From Lama guanicoe (taxonomy: Eukaryota), in contig MU056991.1 in NCBI GenBank assembly GCA_013239625.1, positions 26,113,250-26,177,249 on the forward strand: 64,000 nt of DNA, written 5' to 3'. Positions 49,867 through 63,275 of the stretch are shown in pieces. The position numbers were made by a program, and so were the translations under genes. Numbering within the stretch: position 1 is the stretch's first letter; every line of letters begins with the position of its first letter. The notes beneath the pieces were generated by a model. It saw only the letters and a list, made by a program, of their open reading frames with translations, was not told the DNA's origin and ran no database searches.

Positions 49867-50039
49867 CTTTAGGGAATTAAATGCATGATTGTGACATGGT
49901 CAACTGTCCTCAAGAAATTTATAATTTTGTTCAGGTGCAAGTGGCAGATAAGAGAAATTTGATTAAAAATACAGAATTTAAAAATTATGGAAGGCAGAAC
50001 TGGAAAAGACATGTCATGATCTGCTGTTTTTTAAAAAAT

Positions 50040-50176
50040 ATATTTATTTATTAATTTTAGGGGGGAGGTAATTTTGTTTTTGTTTTGTTTTGTTTTTTAA
50101 ATGGAGGTGCTGGGGATTGAACCCAGGACCTCATGCATGCTAAGCACATGCTCTACCACTGAGCTCTAGCCTCCCC
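50040..50176 (-). mobile_element. tRNA-derived SINE (vic-1-like)
   Basis: ggaggtgctggggattgaacccaggacctcatgcatgctaagcacatgctctaccactgagc; same family as the 29.7 kb copy. Confidence 0.85.
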
Positions 50177-50320
50177 TCCTATTGTCTATTTTGATGCATG
50201 TTATTGGTTGCTGGACCAATTTTAGGGCCAATAATTGCTACTGGTATTTATAAAAAGGAAAGATCATTTGAGATTGATTTGATTATAGAAACAGTTCATA
50301 GGATTTAAAATGAGCCTTAG

Positions 50321-50540
50321 GGTGAGTATAGTTAAAAATACTTTATTATATATTTGAAAGTTGCTACGAGAGTAGATCTTAAAAGTTCTCATCACAAGAA
50401 AGAAAATTGTAACTATGGGAGATGATGGATATTAACGGAACTTACTGTGGTGATCATTCTGCAAGAGAAATCATTACATTGTACACCTTAAGCTAATACA
50501 ATGTTATATGTCAATTTTATCTCAATAAAACTCGAAAAAA
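50321..50540 (+). mobile_element. L1MA-type 3' end
   Basis: ttgaaagttgctacgagagtagatcttaaaagttctcatcacaag...ttgtacaccttaa...tatatgtcaattttatctcaataaaact. Confidence 0.88.
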
Positions 50541-50552
50541 GTAATATATGAG

Positions 50553-50790
50553 TGTACAAGTCAGGGTTCTCCAGAGAAACAATCAATAAGATATAGAGAC
50601 AGTGACAAGGTGACTGATTTATTAGAAGGAATGGGTCACATGATTTGGGAGGCTGGCAAGTCCCACTATCTGGAGGGCTGACGGTGGGCGGACCAGTCTG
50701 ACAGCCGGCAGATTCAGGATCCAGAAAGTACTGCCTTTCCATTGACGTCTAGAGGCAGAAAGAGGCTGAGACCCCAACCCCATCAGTCAA
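50553..50790 (-). mobile_element. MLT2 (ERVL) LTR fragment
   Basis: tgtacaagtcagggttctccagagaaac...gatttattagaaggaatgggtcacatgatttgggaggctggcaagtcc. Confidence 0.8.
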
Positions 50791-51031
50791 CTAGGCTGGG
50801 CTTTTGTTTTGTTTTTCTGAATGAGACGTTGTGACAGATTTGAATATTAAATAGACCCGTAATAGTCATATCAGGAGGGAAAGGCGTAATCATGTCCATT
50901 AAAAAGATGTGTGTGAGGACACACGAAGGATATCCCAGGCGCTGAATCCCACACGCGCGGAGACTCATGAAGAAAAATCGAGGTGGGGCTACTCTGTCCT
51001 AGACCTTAGGCAAGATGATTCAACGGGGCCA

Positions 51032-51396
51032 TGTCGTAGACCGAACGTTTATCCCCCCAAGTTCACACGCTGGATCCCTGACCCCAGCGGGACAGTCACT
51101 GGAGACGGAGCGTCAAGGAAGTAAAGGTTAAATGAGGTCATAAGGGTGGGCCCTGATTCCAGGGGATTGGGGTCCCTTATAAAGAAGCGACACCAAACGG
51201 CTTTCTGTCCCAAGTGCCACACCAAGGACAGACGGTGAGGATGTGAGGTTGCAGGGAGAAGGCAAAAAGGAGTGAGCTCTCGCCTGCAACTGACTCAGCG
51301 AGGACCTCGGTCGTGGACCAGAACTGAGAAAATAAATTGTCGTTTAAGCCACCCACTTTGCGGTGTTTCGTTGTGGCAGCCGGGGCAGTGCAATAC
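51032..51396 (+). mobile_element. MLT1 (ERVL-MaLR) solo LTR
   Basis: ggttaaatgaggtcataagggtgggccctgattc...ccagaactgagaaaataaattgtcgtttaagccaccca; GGCCA on both sides (5-bp TSD). Confidence 0.85.
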
Positions 51397-51586
51397 GGCC
51401 ACGTGGCACCAACATTCCCAGTCGTCTCTCTGCTCTAATTTCTGTCTGTCGCGCCCCCCACCCCCGCCCAGGTGAGCTGGTGAGAGTGACACTTCACTGT
51501 TCTTGCTTTAAAGGCAACGAAAGGGCAGCCTGGAGGACACGGATACCCTGCAAAGTAGGGGAGGCCGTGACCTCGCGTGCCTCTTA

Positions 51587-53100
51587 ATTCACTCGACAAA
51601 CGTTTGCTGAGGGCCTGCCTTGAGTCAGGCTGGGGTCCAGGGCCGGGGATAAAGCAGCGGGCAGCCAGCACCCCCGCCTTCGGGAAGCCTGCGCTCCGAT
51701 TCATTGTCTCTTGTGGCCGAAGAGGGCACCAACCCAAACGCAGGTCCCCGTGGGGACAGCGCTGGACGGTGACGTCTGCGAGAGGAGCGCGGCGAGGAGG
51801 GGGCGCCGGCAGGGCCGGAGGGAGCCCACCGAGGCCCGTGAGCGGGAGGGCGAGGGCCTCGGGGCTGCCCGGGAGAGGCTTCCTGGCCTGAGACGCCCTG
51901 GGCGCGCCCCGACGCGGAAAGGAGCGGAGGGGGCCCGCGGGAGGGCTGGCAGCAGAGCTGTCCGCGGCTAGCGCTGCACCGCAGTCGCGTGGGCTGCCAC
52001 GCTGAGAGGGCCGGGGAAGAGCGAAGGGCCGCGCCCGGAGACCCCCGCGACCGTCCCGCTGGGGCGCCACGCGGGCGCAGGCGGGCGGGCGGGCGCTGCG
52101 GGCCGGGGCCACGCGGGCAGGCCCGGTGTGGTCCGGTCGGTTGAAAGGACGGGTCGACAGGTTGGATAAGGGGTGTGAAGGCAAGGGGTCAGGAGTTACT
52201 TGAAAACGTTCATCTCAGCGGCTAGAGGAGCGGGAAGCCGTAGCCGGGCTGGCGCGGCCGCGGGGCAGAGCCCGGGCCTGGGGCGCGCTTGGACTCGGAC
52301 TCGGACCACAGCGACCTGCCGGAGCACCGACGCTGCGGGGCGGCTCGGGGCCGGCGTCCTGCGTGTCTGCTGGCGGGAACGCCTCGCCGAGACGGGGACG
52401 CTGGCAGCGGCGCGGGCGGCGGAGACCTGGGGGCGACCCTCTGCGGCCGGGGTGGGGGGTGGGGGGCGAGGAGCGCGGGCGGCGCCTCGGCAGGCGTGGG
52501 AAAGGAGGCCGGCTTGGAGCTCGCGTGTCGGGGTGAGTCACGGTGGGAGTTCTCCACCCATCAGCTCAGCCTTCTCAGTGGCAAAGGAAGTGCGGCGCCC
52601 AGCGGAGAGAGACACCAGGGAAGGAGGTGTTGGACGCTTGGTGAAAAAGAAGATATGAGACCGGGGACTGGGAATGGAGAGTGGGCTGGGAAGTGAGGGA
52701 GCCTCGCCTGCTGGCCGGAAGGCCCCCCCCCCCGAAGGTTATGGTGGTGAATTTGAACAGAGCCCGGCCTGTCTCAGCCACCATCAGCCGGGCAGGTGCA
52801 GGCGCGGATTAGGCGGGAGCTGGCGGCTTGCCAAGGAAGGAAGGCGAAGTGAGAGTGGGTCCTGGGAGGGCGGAAGGCCTGGCCAGGGGAGTGAGGACCA
52901 CAGTGGACCACGAAAGCTGAGCTGTTACAGGGAGAGAGTGATGACAGGACGGGCTGAGGGACCTCAAAAAGGCGGCAGAATCAACAGATTGAGGTTCCCT
53001 GGCCCCGCAAAGAATCGTCGGAGTCCTGGTCGTGGAGGAAGTCCGCCGGTGTGAGAGGCGGTGGAGGCCAGAGAGGGAGGTTCTTAGAATGGAGATGGTG
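51587..53100 (-). mobile_element. GC-shifted L2 LINE fossil
   Basis: attcactcgacaaacgtttgctgagggcctgcc...ggggataaagcagcgggca aligns by eye with the reverse L2 3' end; ttgaaaggacgggtcgacaggttggataaggggtgtgaagg..ggggtcaggagttact aligns with the L2 body. Right boundary uncertain. Confidence 0.7.
51600..52600. promoter_or_regulatory. Orphan CpG island
   Basis: ~1 kb of very high GC and CpG density with no recognisable coding exon nearby. Confidence 0.75.
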
Positions 53101-56100
53101 TGCATGACATGGAGAATCTTCCACATCCAGTTTACAGGAGGGCCTCTGAGGAGCAGGGAAATCTCATTCACTAAGACCACTTTTAAATAACATCTAAAAG
53201 TGCCCGATGGCTCTGACTTCTTATTTGTGACTATTTCCACAGAGGGCAGGCAAAAAAACCAGTTAATGTATTCTTGGAAGTTATTAAAATAAGACCGCAT
53301 GCCCGGAAGCAGCTTCAGCGGGGCCAGGCCCCTCGCAGCCTCTCACCAAGGCCAAACGCCTTGGCAAGGAGAGGCCACGCCGTGCTCAGTCCCTTTCTCT
53401 AGAAGTCTCTGAGGTTATAGCTTTTGTAAAGTGCTCTGACTGAAGTTAAAGCCTACAGACGTTTTCTCCTTCTAGGGGAGCAAGAGAAGAGAAGGCTCTT
53501 ATCTGCTTAATAGCCCTTAAACACCGGAGGCAATTTCCAATTAGAGTTTGGTTCTTTCGGCTCGTTACCCGGCAGAAGGTTTTCACCTGGCCGAGAGGTG
53601 GAGCGAGCCCTCTCCTGGCAGAAGGCCCAAGAGGAAACTCATTACACGGCTCTGACCTGGGAATGCCTCACTCCTCCTTGTTAAAACAGAAAACACTTTC
53701 ATGAACTTCAGGTGCATTCACAATAGCATGAACTCTCACTCCGAAAAATCAAGAGGCCCCATGTCTCAAAAAAAGGTAAGATTCAAATGTTTAAAACGCT
53801 AATGTTACTATATTTAAAAAAATAATGCATATGGTGTCAAAGTTTGGAGCTGTCTCTTTGCTAATTCTTGGCATCCGCCCGAGTTATCCTTGGAATTGCC
53901 TGGTCGCCAGCTTGGGGACACATCCCTCCTTCTGGGGTAGCAGGGACGTGTGGCGGGACAGCTTGTTAGGGACGTGTTACTGAGGGAGCGAGCTGAGTCA
54001 GGTGCTCTTGAGGGGAAGTTTGTTCGGAGGAGAAACTCTATTATTATAAGGCCTTATTAGGGTTTTGAGCCTTGGGCTTTTTGGCAGGTCAATGTGCTAA
54101 ATCATTAAAAAAACATGGAAAGTTAGATAGAGAGTCTTTTCTTTTTCCTTTTTTTTTTTTTAAAGGCTGGCAACAAGCACCCCAGACACAGACTAACCAG
54201 AAATCAAAGGGGAGCAGTGCTTCTCAAGGCCCCGTGGCTGCTGCTGGGGTCGTGGTTGTGGGCTGGTGTTTGCAGGTTTCTGGTTTGGATTCAACTTAAG
54301 TCGATTTGAAAAGGAAATACTTTTCAGTGAAGGGGTCCAAACAGCCCCCAGTGCAAGAGAGGAGTGAAGACAAAGATTGATTATTTAAAACTGGCCTCAT
54401 TCACTGTAGCAATAGATACCCAGGGGGACCTTTTTAAAGATTTCCTAGCAAAAACGATGAGAAGGCAGGAGTTGGAAAGAAGAATCTCTTATTTCAAGGT
54501 GATGCGCCTCACCCGGGGGGCGGGAGGTGGAGAGGATGAGGACTCAGAGGGGATGGGAAGGGAGCTGCGCTGGACCAAGCTGCAGGACGCAGGCCAGCGG
54601 CTCCAGGGAGGTGGGAGTGGAGGAAGGAAAGACGGAGGCAGGGGGCCGGAAGTAGATAGGGGTGATGCCAGGAAGCAGGTCGCGGCCTCTGCCCCTGCTT
54701 CTCTCTCTCCAGTTGGATTTTGGCTGCTGGACATGTGACAAACATGCACCTGTGTGTGCGTGTGCTGGGATCCAGGACCAGAGTGGCCGGCCGACTCACC
54801 TCTCTCCCAATTCCAGACTCGAGGGGAGAGATTCTGACTGGACCCACTGTGGTCAGGGCCACACCAGGGAGGCAGGATCACATGGTGCAAACCAGAGGCT
54901 GAATTTCTCCCTGTAGGTGGGTGGGCGACACTCCACGAGCGAGAACGTGGATGCCTCTAAAGCACTAGGTTGGTCTGAACTGGACCTGGGCAGATGCACA
55001 GTCTGCACTGTGGTTCGATTCTCGCACGACTCCGATCCTGTTGGCGTGCTGAGCGAGCTCTCCTGAGACCTGCGAGGACTGGGGGTGCCATAGATCGTGG
55101 TAACTGCTGCTTCCGCCGGGCTCTTCTTGCCAGAGCGTCGCTGTTCGTATTCAGAAGCCTTCTGGGTGACATGGCCTTAATGCGTAGAGCCCACCCCTAG
55201 TAAACAAGGGTCCGGTTGCCTTCTGGAACCACCCCTCTACCCCGACCCCTCAAGTGAAATGATGTGGGTTCACGGATGGCACTAAGGGAAAGTTCATTTT
55301 TCTTTTATCTCTGAGCATATTGTCACCAATTTACTAAACATGTACTTAAATATGTCAGTTTCAATACATTTCTAAATATTTGAGGAAACTGCAGCACAAA
55401 AGATTTTCAATGAATTTGACCACAGGCCCACTTAGGAGCATGTTTCTATGCCATGGACATGAGAAACAAAAAGCCAAAAACATTGCTTTTTTTAAATGGA
55501 AGATTTCTGAATTTCCTAAGTAAACTTGAAACCCTTCACCAAACAAGTAGCTGTGCTCCTGTGTCTGTTTGGATTAGTCTGGTGACAAACGTGTGAAATC
55601 ATGGAGTCTGCTGTGAGTCAAATACTGCTCTCTGCGGGCTGGCATGCTTCACACACCCTCTCTGCTGAGAGTAAGCTGGGGACGGGAGTGTCTCTTTTCT
55701 TAATAGAATATGTTTTCACTTAGTGGATTTTGGCAATAAAATGTAGTAATTGTTTTTCTTCTCCAAGTTTTGCACGCCTTTTGGCTCATCTATTTATCTT
55801 GCCAAGAAGCTTTTAAAAAACCAAATGGTCCCCACATTTTGAAACGTTGTCCTCAAGCAAGACATAAACTGTGAAATTCCCTGTGATTTCATTCTTTGAT
55901 TTCAAACACTTGGAAGGCATTTCATTTGTGTTTGATGGTGTTGATGTGATGATATTTTAAATAATGGAATGCTAGATTCCGTTTTTCGTCTAATAGTTTT
56001 AAAACATCTCTTGTGGGTGGATGAGTTGTTAGAAAGTGTCTCAGGCAGGATCAGAGTGGGAAGGTAAAGGGTAGCCCTTCCTTTATTAACCAACTCCAAT

Positions 56101-58594
56101 GCAGTGTGAAGATTAGGATACCGAGATTAATACACCTGTATAAAATTATCAGTGTAATCTTTCCTACTCTTGGCCTGTCAGGATAGTGGGTCATATTTTA
56201 CAGGGAGATTGACTATAAATAGGAAAGGGGATTTGAAATGATGCGGAGTCTGGGATGGTACTAAGGGTTTTCACCCCTGCCCTGTCAACACCTGAGGCCT
56301 GGACTTCAGCAGCCTGAGCGTATGGTTATGTGACAAAATTAGAACTGCGTTTTCCAGTTGATGCTCCAAGGCACCCTCGTGTCCCATAAGGTATTAGGTG
56401 ATGCACTAAAGAAAAGTTATTCCTAGTAAACAAGAAGCTTGAGAATCACTGGGTTGGCAATTCTTCACCCTGAGACTTTATGGAAACTTTCCCACAATAT
56501 GGGCATCTTGAATCTCTTCATAATTCTTTGAAAAAGCATCTTTTTCTTTTTTTTGTCTAAACAAGTACCATTTATTGTTCAGCTAATTTCTTCCAGGTTT
56601 TGACATTGTTGCTCCTACAGTGATGATATTTGGGTGGAAAGAATTGAATGGATTTCCCAAGTGTAAGAACTTGTGAATCAAACCCAGTTTTCCACACTTC
56701 TAGTTCTCAAATGAATTAATGAGTGACTGGGTAAATCTCTCTGAAATCTGATTTTTAGGATGCAGAATTGGATATAGGTCGTTATATGAGCTTAAGAAAG
56801 AAACATTATTTTAAAACATCACGGCTTGCAGAAAATTCAAGGGTTTGACCAAGCAGTTAATATTTATTACATCTAGATTCATAGATTAATTTAAATACGT
56901 CACAGAAAACACATTTTTGCTTTGGTTACTCGCTTTTCAGATTTCTTTTTGTTACTCAAGGGCCAGGCTTTGCTCTTTAAATATCAGATGCTCTGATAGG
57001 ATGTTTAGTGGACTTTGTGGGAACTACGCACAGCTTTTCAAAAAAATTTCTTTATCTGAAAGATAACCGAAAAGCTCCTGTCCTAGACTTTACTCAAATG
57101 CCTGGAGGCTCCCGGCTGGATGTGACCACAGAGGACCTGGTTCAAGCTGTCACTTAGCAGCAGGCAAGCGGGAGCCAGAGAGGAGAGGGATCTGCCCACG
57201 ACCATCTGGGAAATCACAGCAATGTGGAGATGGGGCCCCCGGACAGCTTCTTCCTGTGGTCCCGTGTGATGAGGGATGTCCTCAGGACTGCCCGTTAGGT
57301 AGCTAGCACACACATCCTTCATTTGTGCTGAAGAAACACCTTTCACGTTTCTCGGCAGAACACAGTTTGGGAAATGACGAACTCGAGACGAACGTAAGCC
57401 CTCACTTGTTTAACATCCAGAATGTGTGGAATGAGTAACACATGATCATTTATAAGAGGGCAGAGTTCGCGTGGTATGAAATGACCAAGGAACGTATCAC
57501 CCAATAAACATCTCGTAATTGGAAGGGCCTTCAAGTGCCAAGACTTGGACTGTTGAGATGTCAGGGATGGGCAGGGGGAAAAGAGGAAACAGCCAAGACC
57601 AGGGAGAATTAAGGCCAAGAGGAACAATCAGGCCAGATGACTGGCATCGTCCCCTTAGGAATGTGTCAGAGACACCAGTGAGTCTTGGTCCCCCGTGGTG
57701 TGCACGTTCCTCTTGGCCCACTCTGGAGCGGGATGGATAGAAACACGGCTTCCCAGCAGAGCTGATGCTTGAAGTCAAGACAGTGGCAACAACACGGTTC
57801 CTAATGTCATATTTTCGAACATGATCCAAGGCACACCTGGGCCGGCCTCAGGACAGCCCTGTCCTGTTGCTTCATTTGCACACAAATCTCTCACTGGGCC
57901 GTCTGCTCAGCCCGCTGCTCCGTTCCTGTGTGCTGTTTCTGCTTCTGCGGAGTCCTGCCTCCTGCCTCTTCCACGTCCCTGTCTTTGTCCTGCTGATACC
58001 CTGTGGCAGGTGTGACAAGGAGATTCCCCCGAAATGCACGAGTACTTTGTAGATCCAGATCTACACTTTGGAGTCTACATTCCTTCTAATTCAAGTAAAC
58101 TACGTGGGAATTCATCAACTAGGCAATTTACTTGTTATCTCTTACCATGGAGGGAAGTGTTGGTCCTCATTCAGGCAGTGTGCAGCTGACTTTAGATCAG
58201 TGATTCTTCATGAGAACTAATTAAATTGGTCAATTACAGTAACTTGAAAATTAATTTAAACATACGTTTAATTTTAGTTCCTCTTCTTGGGAGGAATGAG
58301 GTTTTGTCTGGTGGAGCGCAGACGTGGAAGCCTGGAAGCTGTAACAGCTGGGCGTTTGGCTCACCCCTGCCCGGGAGCAGAGCTTGTTCTGGGATGCTGC
58401 TTCCCTAGGCGAGGACACATACTTCCAAGCACTTCAGGCCTTGACGTGTAACATCTGAATTGGTGTCCTAATTCAGAGAGATATCAGGTCATGATTTTAG
58501 GCATGATTTTTGGGATGGACTTTGGCATTTAAATTTGTCACGGAGTGACTGTGAGTTCCCCGCCTTCTGGCAGGCATCTCCATGAATGAAGCCA

Positions 58595-58900
58595 GTTATT
58601 CAGTTAATCGATCAATCCACACCTGTCTTTAATGAGCTCCTACCACGCGCTGCACCGTGCAGGTAGTGGGCATCCAACGAAGACGAAGGTGACACGGCGT
58701 GCTGGGGAAGGTACAAGCTGGGCCGGCCATCAAGTAGAATTTCCCAGTGTGGTGGGAGCGCTGAAAAGGAGCGGCTAGGTAGCAGAAGGGCTGGTGGGAG
58801 TTGTGCAGGGGGCTGCCTGGAGATGCTGACTCCCTGAACATCAGGAAGACTTCTAGGGACTGACGGTCCAGGGGCAGACTGAGCCAGCTCACCTCATCAG
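58595..58900 (-). mobile_element. L2 3' end fragment
   Basis: attcagttaatcgatcaatcc...tttaatgagctcctaccacgcgctgcaccgtgcaggtagtggggcat. Confidence 0.6.
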
Positions 58901-60524
58901 GTCCTACCCCTGCGATTAGGAAGGGGAGACTCCAGTGTGCAGGGCGGAGAGAATAGAGCATATTGGCCCTGGCGTGTTTGACCTGTAGCTGAAACATGCA
59001 TTATGTGTGCATACAGGGTAGATACAGGGTAGACAGATAGACAGACAGACAGACACACACACACACACACCCCTACACTGCAATCTCTCTCTGCCCTTCC
59101 TGTCCTCCTGCCCCACCCCGGTCCTCACCCCCGGTCAAGGTAACCAGTGTTCCCTGTCTCATGCATGTCTTGCCAGGTTTTGGCTCTTACAAACAACGCT
59201 TCAATAAACTCCCTTGCACATGGTCTTTTTCTTTAAAAAGAGTTACTTTGATTGCAAAATAATTGATGTTTATTATAGAAGCTTTGGAAAATAAAAAGAA
59301 AATAAATTAAAAATACAGAAGAAAATACCGAGGAAGGGGGAAAAATCTGACTGCACTCCACCTTCTGGAAACGGAAGTTCCCACACTTTCCACAGTTTGG
59401 TGGCTATTTCAGCTTTCTCGCTGTAGGTACCTCTGCTTGCTTGCACGCATGTGCACACGCACGCTGCACGTTTCTTCTGCAGTGTTAGGATCACACCATG
59501 TGTGCTGCTGTGTAACTTTTTTCCTCTGCGTTGATGTTTTGTCAGTATTTTATCATGACACTAAAGAATCCTCTTTATAAAATCTTAATTGATTTCTGCC
59601 TTGGATTATGATAATAATACATGCTCATTATGTGTATGTGTGGAAAGTAAGTATTGCCTTTGTATACATGTATGTCCTAACTGTGTATTAGAGCTCAGAT
59701 TTAAAATATGCATTATAATTATATACACATATAATAACAGATGTGAGATCATATGATACATGATAGTTAATAAATTGCATTTTTCACTACAGACTGTACC
59801 TTGAACCAGTCAATTTATATAGAGCTATTTTTCCATGGCTGTGTGGTAGACCATTATTCATGAATCAATCTCGATTAATAGTTAGGAATTAACCATCAAC
59901 AGATGGACATTTGCATTATTAATAATTCTTTTTTCTTGCGAAGATTGCCAAATGAATAGCTGATCAAATATCTTTGGGCGTGAATGACAGCATTTCAGTT
60001 GGAATATAGTCCCTAGAGACTCCTTCTGTAATTCCTAGAATGTTTGTTTCTTATCATTTCTGTGTCTCACAAAAAATCGACCAATCCCATTTTCTACTGC
60101 ATAATTTTTTTGAATCATCCCAACCTACCATGTGTTGGGTTGATTCTGAGAGGTCTAAGTGGACTGAGGATGATCAAGAAGCATTATCTCATCCTCAACA
60201 AGCCGTAATAGGACGTTCAACCCTTGGTCCACTGTTGCTGGGGTTTGTAATTAAGGCTCAGGCTGAACTCCCCTTGGATGACAGGCGTTTGATCACTAGG
60301 AAGTGCAGAGTGCTTCTAGCTAAAGCAGACAGACCAGTTTCACTGCAGTAAAAAAAGAAGCAACGGAGACCAGAGGCAGCTGGTGCAGGTGGATGTACCT
60401 GTTGACAGTCAATAGATTCTTGCCAACTACGGCCTTTTTTAATGAACTTTTTTAGGCAACTCTGGAGAGATAGGGGCCAAGAAAGAGCAGTCCCAGGAGA
60501 TAAATACCATTTGAAGAGCCATTT

Positions 60525-60665
60525 TTTAAAATTCTTTTACCTTATTACTTTTTTTTTTGGTTTTTTGGGCGGGGAGTATTTAGGTTTATTGATTTGTTTT
60601 AATGGATTGAACCCAGGACCTAGTGCATGCTAAGCTGCGCTCTACCGCTGAGCTCTGCCCTCCCC
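60525..60665 (-). mobile_element. tRNA-derived SINE (vic-1-like) with small internal deletion
   Basis: ggattgaacccaggacctagtgcatgctaagctgcgctctaccgctgagc; flanks gaagagccattt / gaagaggccattt. Confidence 0.8.
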
Positions 60666-62599
60666 AGAAGAGGCCATTTCTGGTAAGAGACATTTGAACC
60701 CAGGAAGAAGTTCCTCGACAGTATGAACGATGACTTTCTAACCTTGAGCCACCTCTGCTCAGGCAATGTCTTGACTCACACCGCCAGGAATAGCTAAATT
60801 GTCCGGAAGACTTAATGAAGGTTGCTGTTTGTAGATTACACATGCATGCAACGATTTCTTCAAATCATTCAACCAGAACAGTGTGGCATCAATGTATTTG
60901 GCCTAGAATCATAGTCATCTCTGTGTCTTCTTTAGAAGAAGGTGAGGCTCTCTTTTCCCTCCTTTCATAAGGTGTTGAAGTCCTAGGGGGTCACTTGCGG
61001 GTTATAGGCAGTACATTACAGCAAAAACATTATTTAAAATATGTTGTTTTAGCATTATAGGCTGTACCTTTCCTTATGTAAACAAAATGCTTTTTATAAT
61101 GTCAGTAATGTATATTTTGTTGGCTTACAAATGAAGGCCCTTACAAGCAGTTAAAATGCATTATATTTATTTATTGAAGTTTTACATAAAATGTTCTTGG
61201 CAAAATCAAAATCCTAAAAGCTGCCTGTTTGAAGCATCACTATACAGGCTTCAGACAGGAATAGTGAAGAATGGCTTATAAGCTCGTGGCATTTTCAGAA
61301 GAGTATATTGATAATGCCAGGAGGGGCAGCCCAGCCCTGTGATGACTGGTTTTCTTAATTATGATGACTGTGAGCAAGAAATACCAGGGAAAACATCTCC
61401 TCTCTCCTGGTTAAAAAAAAAAAATTAGCTTTCTTCTGCCAGTAAAAGTAGAGACACTTTAGATTTTAGGGCCCTCTTGGCTCCTAAAACCTAAGGGCTG
61501 CTTGAAAAATGGCTCTTTTAGCTTTTATCAGCAGCCAGTTTAAATCCACAGGAGAGACGCGTAACAACCCTGCTTTAGATGGCAGCCTGCCATTGTGGAA
61601 AGCCGTAGTTTTCTGAAAGAAGAAAAAACCCCAGTAAGCCATTTAACTCACCCCCTTGGAATGAGGTGTAAGGTAAGGACAGCAGCAGTGCGCGAGCAGA
61701 AAAGACGCCAAATTCCTCTTTCAAAACCTTTCAACGTTTGTTGGAAGCGGAGGCTTGTCATAGCCTACAGAGTAGCCGTTCGAACTGAATAATTTTAAAG
61801 AACTCAGCTCCTGTTAAAAAAGGGAAACGGATAGCATTCTGTCACTCGCATCCGGACAGAGGAGAGTCAGCAGACAACGAACGAATGGGCGACCTCAAAT
61901 GGTAGAATCTGTAAATTGCAGTGGGGGAGACTATTTCACGTGAAGTCCCAGATTTCTTTTGCCTGGTTTTTGCTGCATGTGCGTCCGGTCCCCTGTATTG
62001 ACATGTTTGTGTTTTCATATAGAAAGTCGTTAAAAAATGGCTCCCGGAGGAGCACACCTGTGACCTGACTGATGTTCATGAAAAGAAAGAGTAAGGTCAT
62101 TGGAGAGTCTAAGTCTGTGGTCGCCAGCGTCATGTAGGGAAGTGTGATCAGAGACCTTGAGGACCAAAGGTATTCCGAACCCTGATGCCCTTAGGAAACA
62201 CGCACCACTTGTGGCGAGCGGCCCGTCTCGCTGGGATGTCAGCACGCTGTGCGCTGTAGAGTCTGTGGGCTTCGGCTCCGGTGAGACACACAAACCAGAT
62301 GCCTTCTCTGTTTCTGGGGAGTTTAAGTGGTAGCAGTAAGCATGCCAATAGCTCCTGGTTTCCCGATTCCATTACCCTCTTCAGGGAATCGGGGCTCCAC
62401 TGAGAGAGGGCTGACTCCATGCCTGGGACAGGGAAAAGCACAAGGTGATGCGGAACATTTTGTGGTTTCAGCAAGCAAGAGAGAACACGGAGAATGAGGG
62501 GTATGTGTGGACGGGACATGGAGCTGGCATGACAAGGCTCCAACAAGCCAAACGTAGGACAAGCTGAGCATCCAAAAAAGGAAAATGCTGTGTCATAGC

Positions 62600-63230
62600 C
62601 TCGAATGAGAAAGAATGTGTGGGTGCCTAGGGATGCTGAAAGAGAGGGGTGGGAGGGACTCTTCTCTGCATACGGATGCCAGCTTACAAATGTAAATGAG
62701 CGATAGAATTTTAAAACTCACTGCTCTGCAATGGCCTACATCATCAATTCAGGCACGGATTATCAATGGCTAGAAAATGCATTATGTGAACGTGTGTAGG
62801 GGAACAGGAGAGTCACATAGTCTCAACATGTTACCTACAGATGATGCGTTAAATACAAACAGGAAAGAGGTACCTTGACAATGGATATAAGTCTGGCTCA
62901 TAGCACGTTAGAGAAGAGATCAAATGTGCAGTCACCCATGACGAGATAGACTCACACGGTGTGTCTCCTGTGGTGATGCGTGGGAAGTATATGCCATCAC
63001 CCACGTGGTGCTCTTCCAAAGAACGCTCAGCCTGAACGCTGTCACGAGGTGCGAATCCGAAAAATCCAGATCACACAGCATTCTACACCTACAAGACAAT
63101 CAGCTGGATTCTTCAAAAATATTAGTGTCATGAAAAACAGTGAGAGGCAGGGGACTGCCCTAGGTTAAAGGAGACTAAAGAGAGACATGGTAGCCAAAGT
63201 AGGGTGTATTCCTTGATTGGATTCTGGACA

Positions 63231-63275
<45 letters not shown>

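Noticed and set aside
51435-53054. Several 100-250 aa ORFs in the orphan CpG island
   Set aside because: Low-complexity Arg/Gly/Ala/Pro products on both strands, expected from high GC; the sequence appears to derive from L2.
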